Positions 43,501 to 52,384 of a stretch of DNA of 64,000 nt are shown piece by piece. Position numbers and translations under genes: made by a program. The notes below the pieces were generated by a model. The model did no database searches and was not told the DNA's origin. It was given only the letters and a program-made list of their open reading frames with translations. The DNA comes from Tortispora ganteri (Eukaryota): the NCBI GenBank assembly GCA_003707115.1, contig PPNB01000004.1:496001-560000 (forward strand), written 5' to 3'. How positions within the stretch are numbered: position 1 is the stretch's first letter; each line of letters starts with the position of its first letter.

Positions 43501-43602
43501 TCTCGCTGAGAAACTTTCGTAGGTATTGTCGAAGGAGTCTACTGAGCGATCCCTGACGAGCGATTTGCGAGGAGAAACAGGAAAAGAATCGTGATAAGAC
43601 AT
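40519..43602 (-). CDS. Multi-pass membrane protein of the ArAE/FUSC-like (ALMT-related) family
   Basis: LKCSFAYFLASL, VYFHPARTVGSM, KFGLKVG, EWAVVTY, RAIGTTIGA and EPRLKGPFP; two TM blocks separated by a cytosolic region. Confidence 0.8.
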   Translation of the reverse strand: MSYHDSFPVSPRKSLVRDRSVDSFDNTYESFSARTGLLSNSDSSDENYTRYKKASQLASVVFHRHALLKALSHTYSSSLAKRTLKCSFAYFLASLAVYVPLISNFLGPSNSKHLTATVAVYFHPARTVGSMIQATLFALMALFAGLFINFTCLCISFLFTRLGCWSLGQIIVLLVGFGFALSSLAYLRISIGKPTFNTACSLASISIIAMLIKDDSIYKGEFNLSRLGQIFNIITMGVLDTVIICLLLWPTYGTLEYKQNMINAMGSFSEILTSTIHAFMSGGDVDSSYFNNLYQKHRSDSAKVKDSLSDAHFELLFSGKEEEYQHLLRISNSYKELVLNLNALTSCARTQWSLFIQHSQMPLQHRVSIMSIDNNPLSATDITNRLQHEDTEHTQNPVPNITVQTQTPMHSHSGSNIPPGGYGSVFTPSHARSSSMFQNVVHGENFLNFVYHLGPPIRNISDIMSNILADMPFDAAPEFYLRDTSRYYASLKTCLDQYSAIRVQSIASLYTSETSGSKTPDIAADQEEIAASCGSFAYSLENLASELLTFLEVMEDYRGYLNQRRPRTWQWAKFWGSLNVDSAGRTLSSMAHFFHRNDGVYDLAADGAIRMSFHDKAYDNSRHSRFGFVVWKALRHFRHNDVKFGLKVGLGAIILGAPAVIPSTREAYQHWHLEWAVVTYSIMMNMSIGGTALTALPRAIGTTIGAVAAMTAWFLFPENPYALAIAGWLLSIPCFYIVLTWKDVPAFGRFVLLTFNLSCLYSYTLGKGGVVGEPGEVDGPIITEIAIHRCLSVVIGILWGIAITIYVMPLSARASLKNGLSKLWILLGLRWRADPLNSLARGDQVPKQYISANSESNLQNMVTLLESYLKFAPKEPRLKGPFPADSYRKLLAWTREIIDSYSSISVDISREPVASLLEAELLDRTLEERRELSSRIFLHFYVLASALSMSMPLPERLPSVTHARDRLLMKINAFRDEQRSKGLLTEDGFVLFYMYSLVTMTIHDCILKMIQEVQYLFGIIDEEKFFI

Positions 43603-43680
43603 TTAAGCGCAGAATGAGGCCTATCAATTTAAGCACATAAGTTGATTAAAATAAAGGAATACGATTCTCAATTAAGTAAT

Positions 43681-43720
43681 TATGAAACAATATGAAATAA
43701 TATGAAATAATGTGAAACAA
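43681..43720 (+). repeat. Four tandem 10-bp units T(A/G)TGAAA(C/T)AA containing TGAAACA pheromone response elements
   Basis: Read directly: TATGAAACAA TATGAAATAA TATGAAATAA TGTGAAACAA. Confidence 0.9.
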
Positions 43721-43888
43721 TTCCGCTAATTGGAAGGGGTAGACAATTTATTGATAGTGAAGAAGGTTGGCGGTTTGGGAAGTTTCAAAAGGCGGAGATA
43801 GAGTATAATAAATTGTATATGGTGGTGGGAGCCAGAATCATTCTCCAAAGCGAGATCAAAGGAAAGAAAAAGGTACCAAAAGGCAAAA

Positions 43889-44509
43889 CTAATTGTGCAA
43901 TAGAAGATCGGAAAAGTCGGAGAACTTTTCCGAGTCATCATAAAGATAAACCATGCTGTTTCTCAAGCTTATCTGCAAGCTTGTAGGGTCGAGTTCGTAT
44001 AAGACCATTACGATGGCCCAGCTCAAGGCAGCGAATGCAGGATAGACATAGCCAGACAGCTTGCCATTAAAAGAAGGTATAAGACCGTTCCGAATTGAGT
44101 ATTTAGCCATTCCCATTACGGCTCGCGAAAAGACATACAGAACCACTTGCTGGCTTACGGGACTTTGATTCCCACGACCGAACATCAAATAACCAGCTAA
44201 GACTCCAGCTACAAACGTATGGGAAAGGGTATGCTTGCCTTGAACTTTCCGGAGTACAATCGAAGTAATTTTATAGACAGCGACATATTTGGCGAGCCGT
44301 GTAGAGTGATCTAATGATGCTTTTGTAACCCCTCGAAACCGAGATTTGTATGATCCTTTCTTAAATAACAGCGCCATCACGATCGAATGGGTAACTCGCA
44401 CTTTGAAACCGTATATAAACCCGTTCCTTGCTCCTTTTAAAACCGACAGGATATCATGATTTTTCGGATCAGCAATGTATTCGTCCAACTTAGCAATTAT
44501 GCTATCCAT
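43889..44509 (-). CDS. Peroxisomal membrane protein 4 (PXMP4/PMP24, Tim17 family)
   Basis: HDILSVLKGARNGFIYGFKVR..HSIVM, QQVVLYVFSR, WAIVMVLY and SMVYLYDDS. Confidence 0.9.
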   Translation of the reverse strand: MDSIIAKLDEYIADPKNHDILSVLKGARNGFIYGFKVRVTHSIVMALLFKKGSYKSRFRGVTKASLDHSTRLAKYVAVYKITSIVLRKVQGKHTLSHTFVAGVLAGYLMFGRGNQSPVSQQVVLYVFSRAVMGMAKYSIRNGLIPSFNGKLSGYVYPAFAALSWAIVMVLYELDPTSLQISLRNSMVYLYDDSEKFSDFSDLLLHN

Positions 44510-44797
44510 TATTCACTAAAGTGTAGCGCTTGTCTATTGCAAAGTAACATGTAGCTCGCTCTTGTTTGTCATTTTCCCGAGGTTTATCCAATCTAGGTTA
44601 CGCCGGCACTGAAATTTAAACTTTCCAACTGATGCGGGGTGTCCAATCAGAAGCAACCATTTTCTTGTCTCTCTTAATTAGGTAGCTAGCTGATAGCAGT
44701 TGAGTCTAATTGTCTACGCCTATTCGGCGACTCATATTCAGTGCAGATCTATGACGCGCATATAAACACTATCGTGCACCCACCTAGTCTCCTAACT

Positions 44798-46117
44798 ATG
44801 ACTGTAAGCGGTGAAGTACTTCATATTAGCATTGGTCAAGCCGGTGCGCAGATTACGTCTGCACTGTGGGACCTGTACACCAAGGAACACGGTATTGGTC
44901 ATGATGGTCAAGCTGTAGGTGATCTCAATGGGAACTATAGCACTATCTTTCAGGAGACTCAGAAAGGATCCTTTGTCCCTAGATCTCTTTTCTTTGACTC
45001 TGACTCAGCCGCTTTAGATATTCTACGGTCTGATAAAGCAAAGGGTCTATTCCGCCCTGATTGGATATCGTCTACTATTGAAGGCAGTGCTTCCACTTAT
45101 GCGCGCGGCCGCTACGTGCTCGGCCCTGACAAAATAGAGGAAGCTGTAAACAGTATTCGCAAGGTTACAGAGTGCTGTGGAGAGCTTAAGGGTATAGTGA
45201 TTGTTCGAGGAATGGGCGGGGGAACCGGATCTGGTCTAGGATCCGGCATTATTGAGGAACTAGCAAACGAATTCAAAAAACCAACCAAACTTGAATACGC
45301 CATTTATCCTTCTCCAGGTCTAGCTACTGGTGTAGTTGAACCATATAACTCAGCACTAGCTGCAAATGCGTCCAATGGACATGTTGACTGTTCCTTCATT
45401 GTCGATAATCAAGCACTTTATAGAATGGCGGATCGGAAACTGGACATACCCGACGCCAAGTTTGATGTTCTTAACAATATTGTTACTCAAGGAATCTCTG
45501 GATTATCTGCATCTATGAGGTTTCCCGGAAAACTTAACATGGACATGAACGACTTTCATACCAATTTAATACCATTTCCCCGTCTCCAATACCCGATTAT
45601 ATCACTGGCACCGCTCAGCAAATCTATCTCTCACAGCATGCACAATTCCTATTCCATTACCAAAGAGGCATACAACGGATCAAATAGTCTGCTTACATGT
45701 GATACTACTCAAGGCAACTATATGGCTTCTGCATTGGTTTACAGGGGATCGTTTTCCCTGCAAGAAGTTAATGCTGCCATCGCGCGTTGCAAAGATTCTA
45801 AAGTCGTCACATTGCTAGACTGGTGTCCTACTGGATTCAAAGTGGCTCTTAGTCCCGAGCATATCCATACGGTTGCTGGATCTCCATTTAAATCGGTGGA
45901 CCAGTTCGCATGTGTGTATTCTAATCATACCGCAATCCGTCAGTCGTGGTCGTCCCTGAAGCGCAAATACGATCTTATGTTTAGACGTCGTGCGTTTGTC
46001 CATTGGTTCGTTGGTCAGGGGATGGAAGAAGGTGAGCTATTAGAAGCCCGAGAGTCATTAGACGACCTTGAAGAGCAATATGAAGAAGTTAGTGGATATA
46101 GTGCGACAGAGTACTAA
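44798..46117 (+). CDS. Divergent alpha-tubulin-like protein (439 aa from ATG 44798)
   Basis: GQAG, YARG, GGGTGSG, VVEPYNS, DWCPTGFK, RAFVHWFVGQGMEEGE and a terminal EY identify the alpha class, but many normally invariant positions are substituted. Confidence 0.9.
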   Translation: MTVSGEVLHISIGQAGAQITSALWDLYTKEHGIGHDGQAVGDLNGNYSTIFQETQKGSFVPRSLFFDSDSAALDILRSDKAKGLFRPDWISSTIEGSASTYARGRYVLGPDKIEEAVNSIRKVTECCGELKGIVIVRGMGGGTGSGLGSGIIEELANEFKKPTKLEYAIYPSPGLATGVVEPYNSALAANASNGHVDCSFIVDNQALYRMADRKLDIPDAKFDVLNNIVTQGISGLSASMRFPGKLNMDMNDFHTNLIPFPRLQYPIISLAPLSKSISHSMHNSYSITKEAYNGSNSLLTCDTTQGNYMASALVYRGSFSLQEVNAAIARCKDSKVVTLLDWCPTGFKVALSPEHIHTVAGSPFKSVDQFACVYSNHTAIRQSWSSLKRKYDLMFRRRAFVHWFVGQGMEEGELLEARESLDDLEEQYEEVSGYSATEY

Positions 46118-46274
46118 AACTGTGCTTTGCATATCGTTGTATGCTCTTTCTTTTACTTTAGAAGAGAATTAAAGAAGAACAAAAACAAATATTTACTCTC
46201 TTAGTTGTATTTTCATTATAAAAAGAATATTATTGATTATCGCTATTTACAAGATTGGCTTATGCTATATAGAT

Positions 46275-46556
46275 TCATTTTGATTGGTTGGGGAGTGTAC
46301 CTGCTTTCTCTTCTTCACGCAACTTCTCAAGGGTAGATTCGTCAATCGGCGGAATAGGAATATCGCCAAAATCATCCGGCGATACTTTCGAAAATGCGTA
46401 CATGTAGATCGCGCCCATTCCAAAAACGATTCCACTGCCTAGCAGCACGTTTTTCCAAAAAAACGGCGCTCGGGCTCTCAGCATAGCTGGTGACATTTTC
46501 CAACTTCTTGAATCTGTGTATTTCCCGATCGGTACATAATTATGTGTGCGTGTCAT
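46275..46556 (-). CDS. COA3: Cytochrome c oxidase assembly factor 3
   Basis: MSPAMLRARAPFFWKN, one TM segment, and DDFGDIPIPP. Confidence 0.88.
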   Translation of the reverse strand: MTRTHNYVPIGKYTDSRSWKMSPAMLRARAPFFWKNVLLGSGIVFGMGAIYMYAFSKVSPDDFGDIPIPPIDESTLEKLREEEKAGTLPNQSK

Positions 46557-46768
46557 GTTGTCTTTCTCTTTTTTTCTTCCTTGGTAAGATTGAATATCGA
46601 AGTGGACACACAGGTTCACCAGGGTCTTTCCCCTTTTGGGATCTTAATAGAACCATCACCTCCCCTCACGCACCTCCACCACGGTCCTTCCTCCTACAAT
46701 CTAGCTTCTTCAACATTTAGCCCCTAATAACTGTCATTTTTCTTACCAAAGGCTAGCTACATGTATCA

Positions 46769-48358
46769 ATGAGTGATCCGACAGCTCCATTGTTCAGCAA
46801 TGATGAAGCTGAACCTCCTACTTCTCTATCTGAAATTTGGGGGTGGCTCTCATTTGCCTGGGCCTCTGAGCCTTTCATAGTTTGTGGAATGGGTTCATTC
46901 ATTCCTATTCTTTTAGAGCAGTATGCCGCTGAAAACGCAGTTTATGAAAATGACCCCTCTAAACATTGCCAGCCTAATTTTAAGCTGCCGAAACCTCCCG
47001 GCTCTGGCACCAGCGATATTGATTTAGGTCGTTGTTTAGTCCCTATACTTGACACTTATGTCACATCTTCCGGCTTTGCCCTATACTCCTTTGCTTTCTC
47101 GGTCTTTGTTCAGGCTATTTGTGTTATCAGCTTTTCGGGCTCAGCTGACAAAGCAAATAACCGTAAAAAATTGCTAGTATCATTTGCAGCCTTAGGTGGC
47201 CTCTCCGTCATATTGCTCTCCGGCGTCTCCCCAGATCAGTTCTATATATTACCATTTTTGGTTGCAATAGCTAACACTGCATTTGGTATGACCTCGGTTT
47301 GCGGTAACTCATTTTTGCCTTTACTTTCTCGCAACGATCCAAAAGTGAAAGCTTGCACAGACGAAAGTATTGCCACAATAAACGCATTGTCATTTTCTGA
47401 ACTGGACTCGGATCTGCGCCGTGAAATAGATGACACTATGTCCAGTGTTGCCGCCAAACTTAGTAGTAAAGGTCTTGCATTAGGTTATCTGGCCGCCTTC
47501 CTTGTTCAGATTTGTGGGCTGATTATTTTAAGCTTGTTCAACTCGTCTATTAACGGCCTTCGCTGTGCTCTTTTACTTATCGGCATTTGGTGGCTCGTAT
47601 TTGATATACCTTCAATGTATCTTATAAGATCGCGTCCAGTATACTCAATTACATCAGAAGCTAATATATCTCTATTGAAGGAGGTTGTTTATGGGTGGCA
47701 GACATTGTTTAAAACTGTACGTGAAGCAAGAAAACTGCGTGATATTACAACGTTTCTAGTTGGATGGTTCTTTTTGTCTGATTCCATCACGACTATTAGT
47801 AGTTCTGCCATCTTGTTTGCTAAAACAGAACTGCATATGAATGCAGCCGGTCTGGCCACGATCAGCATAGTTGCAATGGCAGCAGCCATAGTTGGTGCTC
47901 TTTCTTTGGACAAAGTGCTCCATAGACACGCATCTTTATCTTCGCTACAATCTCTTGTGGTATACGTTGTCGTTGCTTCCATTGTTCCACTTTACGGAGT
48001 GGCGGGTTTTTTTACCAATAAATTTGGCTTCCATTATCCTGGAGAAATGTATGTTGCTGCGGTTGTCTACGGCCTAGCTTTAGGTGGTGTTGGCGCCTCA
48101 AGCCGCGCCGTATACTCGCAAATGATACCTCCAGGTCGTGAGAACATATATTTTTCACTTTACTCAGTCACTGATAAAGGATCTAGCATTGCGGGACCTT
48201 TCATGACTGGACTAATCACAGACAAGACGCTGAATATTAGATACTCGTTTTACCTTCTTCTAGGAATGTTGCTTGTCAGTATCCCCTTGTTTCTCTTTGT
48301 CAAGGTTCAGAGAGGCGAGCAAGCTGCAAAAACCTTTATTGCTGAGAATGATATTTGA
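46769..48358 (+). CDS. ATG22: Vacuolar amino acid efflux MFS transporter Atg22
   Basis: EIWGW.SFAWASEPF, IPILLEQ, NSFLPLL, FLVGWFFLSDSITT and YSVTDKGSS. Confidence 0.92.
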   Translation: MSDPTAPLFSNDEAEPPTSLSEIWGWLSFAWASEPFIVCGMGSFIPILLEQYAAENAVYENDPSKHCQPNFKLPKPPGSGTSDIDLGRCLVPILDTYVTSSGFALYSFAFSVFVQAICVISFSGSADKANNRKKLLVSFAALGGLSVILLSGVSPDQFYILPFLVAIANTAFGMTSVCGNSFLPLLSRNDPKVKACTDESIATINALSFSELDSDLRREIDDTMSSVAAKLSSKGLALGYLAAFLVQICGLIILSLFNSSINGLRCALLLIGIWWLVFDIPSMYLIRSRPVYSITSEANISLLKEVVYGWQTLFKTVREARKLRDITTFLVGWFFLSDSITTISSSAILFAKTELHMNAAGLATISIVAMAAAIVGALSLDKVLHRHASLSSLQSLVVYVVVASIVPLYGVAGFFTNKFGFHYPGEMYVAAVVYGLALGGVGASSRAVYSQMIPPGRENIYFSLYSVTDKGSSIAGPFMTGLITDKTLNIRYSFYLLLGMLLVSIPLFLFVKVQRGEQAAKTFIAENDI

Positions 48359-48393
48359 CTAATTGTTTCAATGCCTATATGATTCAGGCCGAC

Positions 48394-48420
48394 TAATAAT
48401 AATAATAATAATAACAATAA
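48394..48420. repeat. (TAA)n microsatellite
   Basis: Seven perfect TAA copies followed by CAA TAA, between ATG22 and TAF1. Confidence 0.9.
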
Positions 48421-48588
48421 TTGCATCACACACGGTCTATTCGAGAATGCTACTAGCTACACATAAAGCTCACGTACACCTTCCTCCCAAAGTAAGTATA
48501 CTTCATTACCACAATTACCCGAGTCCCCCATTTCGCACACCACCAACATACGAAGGTTCTGTGTATATTCACTGAAACACTGTAAATA

Positions 48589-51558
48589 ATGGTGAAAGAG
48601 GAAGATATTGACGAAGTTTCTGCTTTAATTCTGAACGGCAAAGTTGATGGTAATTCAGATGCCAACGGATTGTCTGATTTGAGCTCTGTGTTAAGCTCTG
48701 GACTCGGATTCCAAGTGCCTGACATCGGTGGCTCGGACGCCATCCAACATGCAGATAATGCTGTGGATTTTGAAGATGAAGATGAACTTGCCGACGAAGA
48801 AGACTTTATGACTGACAATAAATCGAATGATGCATTTTCTACCTCGGATAATCCTACTGGATCTGACATTGTTATGACAGATGATCTCAAAGATTTCGAT
48901 GATGACGCTACCGCCACCACAAACCCGGACGTCCTCTTCGATTCTGTAGCATTACAAAATGCCAAATTGGAAAAGGTCAAAGAAGTTTTTCCTGAATTCA
49001 GGCCTCATAAAATTCTGAAAATGACTGCAATGTTCTCTTCTAAACCTCTAGAGTCAACTCTGCGTCCGTTAAAACCTCCGAAACCATGTATTCCGTCCAA
49101 AGTTTCCTTGGATGTCGATCTGGAACAATCATCGATATATTCAAACTACAATAATGTTTGTTTGAGTAAGAGAAAACCAGCTCGTAAAGTTAGCCAAATC
49201 GGATCTCAGCTTGGCACAGAACGCGCCAGTTCCACGAAACAAAAAGTTGCCAAACGTGAGTTGTGGTCAAGAGACTATGAAACCTTGGCTCTGGCCACTG
49301 CAGAATGGAAAGACGAAGATATACTAAACCCACAGAGTATTGTGGAATCCAAAATAGTGTTGAATAAACAGCTTACATCGGTAGAGAATCAGAAATTTGA
49401 ATTGGTGGATTGGGATGAACCTGATTCTGCCATTTTTCAAGGTGACCTTTCAGAACTGGCATCAAATGTTTACCTGGACCTTAATGACCCGAAAATGCTG
49501 CTTCAATCTAAGTCGGATATATCAACTACTAAGAATACGATTGCTCACGACCTCTCTGCGGGTGCTAACTTGAATTCCGTCCTAAAACACCGCTACAATT
49601 TTTCTAATGATGAGGCTTATGATTTGTTAAAGGAAAATTACCAATCAAAAGTTCGCTCAGTTATTGGCAATCTCACTATCGATCATTCTCTTCCTGCTAA
49701 ACGTTTACAAAGCCCGTATTATAAAGTGAGATTATCCAAAGCTCAAGCTCGTTCTTATCACCGCCCTAACTTTAATGTGAAGCCACGGTTCGTTATTACA
49801 TTTAATAAGCTGAAACAGAGGAAGAAAAAGCGAGATATGGGTAAGAAGATTAGCGAGCTGTTCGCTTCAACTAAAGATTTAGCTGCTAATGATACTGCTC
49901 AAATCTTTGTCACTGAATATTCTGAAGAGTTTCCTATGGTTTTGTCTAATTTTGGAATGGGGAGCAAAATTATTAATTACTATAGGAAAACTTCGGAGAC
50001 AGATGAGAATAGACCAAAATTAAGCACGGGAGAAACATATGTCCTCGGAGTGCAAGATCGCAGTCCCTTTTGGAATTTTGGTTATGTGGATCCCGGAAAA
50101 CTTGTTCCAACTTTGTATAATAACATGATCAGAGCTCCTATTTTTGCTCACAAACCGCAAGATACTGATTTTTTGCTCTCGCGGTCGACCACTGCTAAAG
50201 AAGGCCAAAAATATTACTTGAGACCACTAAAGAACATTTGGACAGTTGGACAGACGTTCCCAGTTACTGAAATACCTGGCCCTCATTCTAGACGCGTCAC
50301 AACTGCCTCTAAAAATCGCTTAAAGATGATAGTATACCGCATTTTACATACTAAAGAGCGAGAAAGGCTTGTGGTTAAGGATATTGCTGAGCATCTTCCA
50401 GGTCAGACCGATATGCAAACTCGTCAACGACTGAAGGAGTTTATGGAATACCAACGTACGGGTGAAGATCAAGGATTTTGGAAGCTGCGTAATGGTGACC
50501 CTCTTCCTGAAGAGAATGAGATTAAAGAGCTCATTACTCCTGAAGAAATTACAATGCTTGAAGTCATGCAGGTTGGAATGCAGCGTTTGGAAGATGCTGG
50601 TTATGGTAAGACTGTTGATGATGACAGCCAACAAGATGGCATGAGTGTTGAAGAGCAATTGGCTCCTTGGATGACTTCTAGAAATTTTATTAATGCTACT
50701 CAAGGAAAGGCGATGCTGAAACTTCATGGTGAGGGTGAGCCCACTGGACGTGGGGAAGCCTTTAACTTGATACGAACGTCTATGAAAGGTGGTTTTAAAG
50801 CTCAAGGAGAATCGGTTGGTGATAAGTTAGACAAATCCAAGTTTGGTGGACACGCATATAATGTCGCTCTCCAGCAAAAAGCGTACGAAGAAGAGATTGC
50901 AAAAATCTGGGATAGGCAGTATAAATCTCTTTCTATTTCAAATATTGATGACATACCATGGCAGATGGACTTAGAAGAAGAGAAGAGGAACGAAATAAAT
51001 GAATTGGACAATTTGTTTGGCGATACCAGCAATTTTGACAAGCAAGACGACGACGATGGCATTTCTCAGTCTCAATTTTCGCATGCTAGTGGGAAGAGCT
51101 CATTTAACCGGGTTCTCAGAATTACTAGACAAACTAAAAACAAAGATGGTACTATGGATACCAAAACTGAGTATATTCATGATCCTAACGTCATTCATGC
51201 CTATGTTAGACGACGTCAAGAAATCGAAGACATGGCTATTCCGGAAGACGAGATCACTATTACTGATAACCCGGATGTGAATGCTAGAAATCGCAAGCGC
51301 TTAGAAAAGGTTTTAGCAAGACTAAAGCGAAATCGTGAACGGCGTGAAGCCCGAAAGGCGCAGCGAGGAGAATATACCACTGAAGAAGGTGGTGGGGAAG
51401 GAGACGAAGACGGCGATAAGAGCAAGATGAACAGGCCTACTACCAGAAAATGTGCCACATGTGGACAGATTGGGCATATTCGTACAAATCGCGCTTGCCC
51501 GATGTATAATGAAAGGCTTGGGCCTGGAGGAGAAACTCCAGCGGAGGCGAGATATTAA
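48589..51558 (+). CDS. TAF1: TFIID subunit 1 (fungal type, no bromodomains)
   Basis: AVDFEDEDELADEE, EYSEEFPMVLSNFGMGSKIINYYRK, PGPHSRRV, APWMTSRNF, and zinc knuckle CATCGQIGHIRTNRACP. Confidence 0.97.
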   Translation: MVKEEDIDEVSALILNGKVDGNSDANGLSDLSSVLSSGLGFQVPDIGGSDAIQHADNAVDFEDEDELADEEDFMTDNKSNDAFSTSDNPTGSDIVMTDDLKDFDDDATATTNPDVLFDSVALQNAKLEKVKEVFPEFRPHKILKMTAMFSSKPLESTLRPLKPPKPCIPSKVSLDVDLEQSSIYSNYNNVCLSKRKPARKVSQIGSQLGTERASSTKQKVAKRELWSRDYETLALATAEWKDEDILNPQSIVESKIVLNKQLTSVENQKFELVDWDEPDSAIFQGDLSELASNVYLDLNDPKMLLQSKSDISTTKNTIAHDLSAGANLNSVLKHRYNFSNDEAYDLLKENYQSKVRSVIGNLTIDHSLPAKRLQSPYYKVRLSKAQARSYHRPNFNVKPRFVITFNKLKQRKKKRDMGKKISELFASTKDLAANDTAQIFVTEYSEEFPMVLSNFGMGSKIINYYRKTSETDENRPKLSTGETYVLGVQDRSPFWNFGYVDPGKLVPTLYNNMIRAPIFAHKPQDTDFLLSRSTTAKEGQKYYLRPLKNIWTVGQTFPVTEIPGPHSRRVTTASKNRLKMIVYRILHTKERERLVVKDIAEHLPGQTDMQTRQRLKEFMEYQRTGEDQGFWKLRNGDPLPEENEIKELITPEEITMLEVMQVGMQRLEDAGYGKTVDDDSQQDGMSVEEQLAPWMTSRNFINATQGKAMLKLHGEGEPTGRGEAFNLIRTSMKGGFKAQGESVGDKLDKSKFGGHAYNVALQQKAYEEEIAKIWDRQYKSLSISNIDDIPWQMDLEEEKRNEINELDNLFGDTSNFDKQDDDDGISQSQFSHASGKSSFNRVLRITRQTKNKDGTMDTKTEYIHDPNVIHAYVRRRQEIEDMAIPEDEITITDNPDVNARNRKRLEKVLARLKRNRERREARKAQRGEYTTEEGGGEGDEDGDKSKMNRPTTRKCATCGQIGHIRTNRACPMYNERLGPGGETPAEARY

Positions 51559-51650
51559 TTTAATTAAGTGAGAATCGAAGCAAAAGTTTTCGTACAACCT
51601 ACTTTTTTTTTAATTTCAATTTTGCATAAGTATCAATCTTGTACAGTTGA

Positions 51651-52331
51651 TCACACCAACTCGCCGTAGTATACGGCAAGAGCTTTACAGCCCTTTCCGA
51701 AGTAAAGATACTCCAAAGATACAGACAGTCGACGCTTGCTTACTTCTATGTAAGAATGCAAATACGGATCGTACTTTGTCAATTCATTTGTATCCATTGT
51801 TCTGGGAAGATAAAATGCAAGATTAGGAGTGATTTTCGAACAGCGTTTAAACAGTTCTTTGAAGGGCAGAGGCAATAGTTGATCGCCAGAAAAGACTGAA
51901 TTGCGAAGATATGAAGGACCACCCCATGGAGGTGATAAGAACATGAAATCAGGTCTGAAAGTTGCAATTATTTCTGACGCATGCAGAAAATCACAACAGC
52001 AAAACTTTATCTGATGTTTCACATTATAGATTTCTGCATTATGTCTAGCGGCTTCTATTTCTTCTTCACTTATGTCCAGAGCAAGGATTTCGCAGTTTGA
52101 GCCCAGTTCCAACGCAAATTGTATGATATTGCCACCTACTCCACAAAACGGATCACAAACTCTGATAGGCCTATCTCTATTATTCAGTTTAGATTTTATT
52201 CTTTGAGCTATCCTTTTTGCCACTGGTTCGGGAGTTACAGAATAATAGCTTTGTTCTGTAAGATGTATTCCCTCGTCATACTTAGAAAAATAGAAGTGCG
52301 TACTATGGCGATATCTGCTCAAGTCAGACAT
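51651..52331 (-). CDS. TGS1: Trimethylguanosine synthase
   Basis: FSKYDEGI, YSVTPEPVA, DPFCGVGGNIIQFA, FLSPPWGGPSY and YLPR. Confidence 0.93.
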   Translation of the reverse strand: MSDLSRYRHSTHFYFSKYDEGIHLTEQSYYSVTPEPVAKRIAQRIKSKLNNRDRPIRVCDPFCGVGGNIIQFALELGSNCEILALDISEEEIEAARHNAEIYNVKHQIKFCCCDFLHASEIIATFRPDFMFLSPPWGGPSYLRNSVFSGDQLLPLPFKELFKRCSKITPNLAFYLPRTMDTNELTKYDPYLHSYIEVSKRRLSVSLEYLYFGKGCKALAVYYGELV

Positions 52332-52364
52332 GTTCAATTAAGAATAGACTAACTCGCTTCTTTA

Positions 52365-52384
52365 ATATATATATATATATATAT
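52365..52384. repeat. (AT)10 microsatellite
   Basis: Read directly, just upstream of the TGS1 start. Confidence 0.9.

Noticed and set aside
44724..44732. URS1-like TCGGCGACT upstream of the tubulin (also GGCGGCT at 52731)
   Set aside because: Mismatch inside the GGCGGC core in the first case and an isolated short match in the second; too weak to claim meiotic Ume6 control.
44632..44812. Possible extra first exon for the tubulin (ATGCGGGGT at 44632; CCTAAC...AAG near 44791-44808)
   Set aside because: The donor would be GTGTCC or GTCCAA, unlike the other introns, and no join restores a convincing MRGE or MRE start. ATG 44798 is kept.
48356..48382. TGA-CTA readthrough context at the ATG22 stop
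   Set aside because: The extension would be xLIVSMPI-stop, with no PTS1 or other signal.
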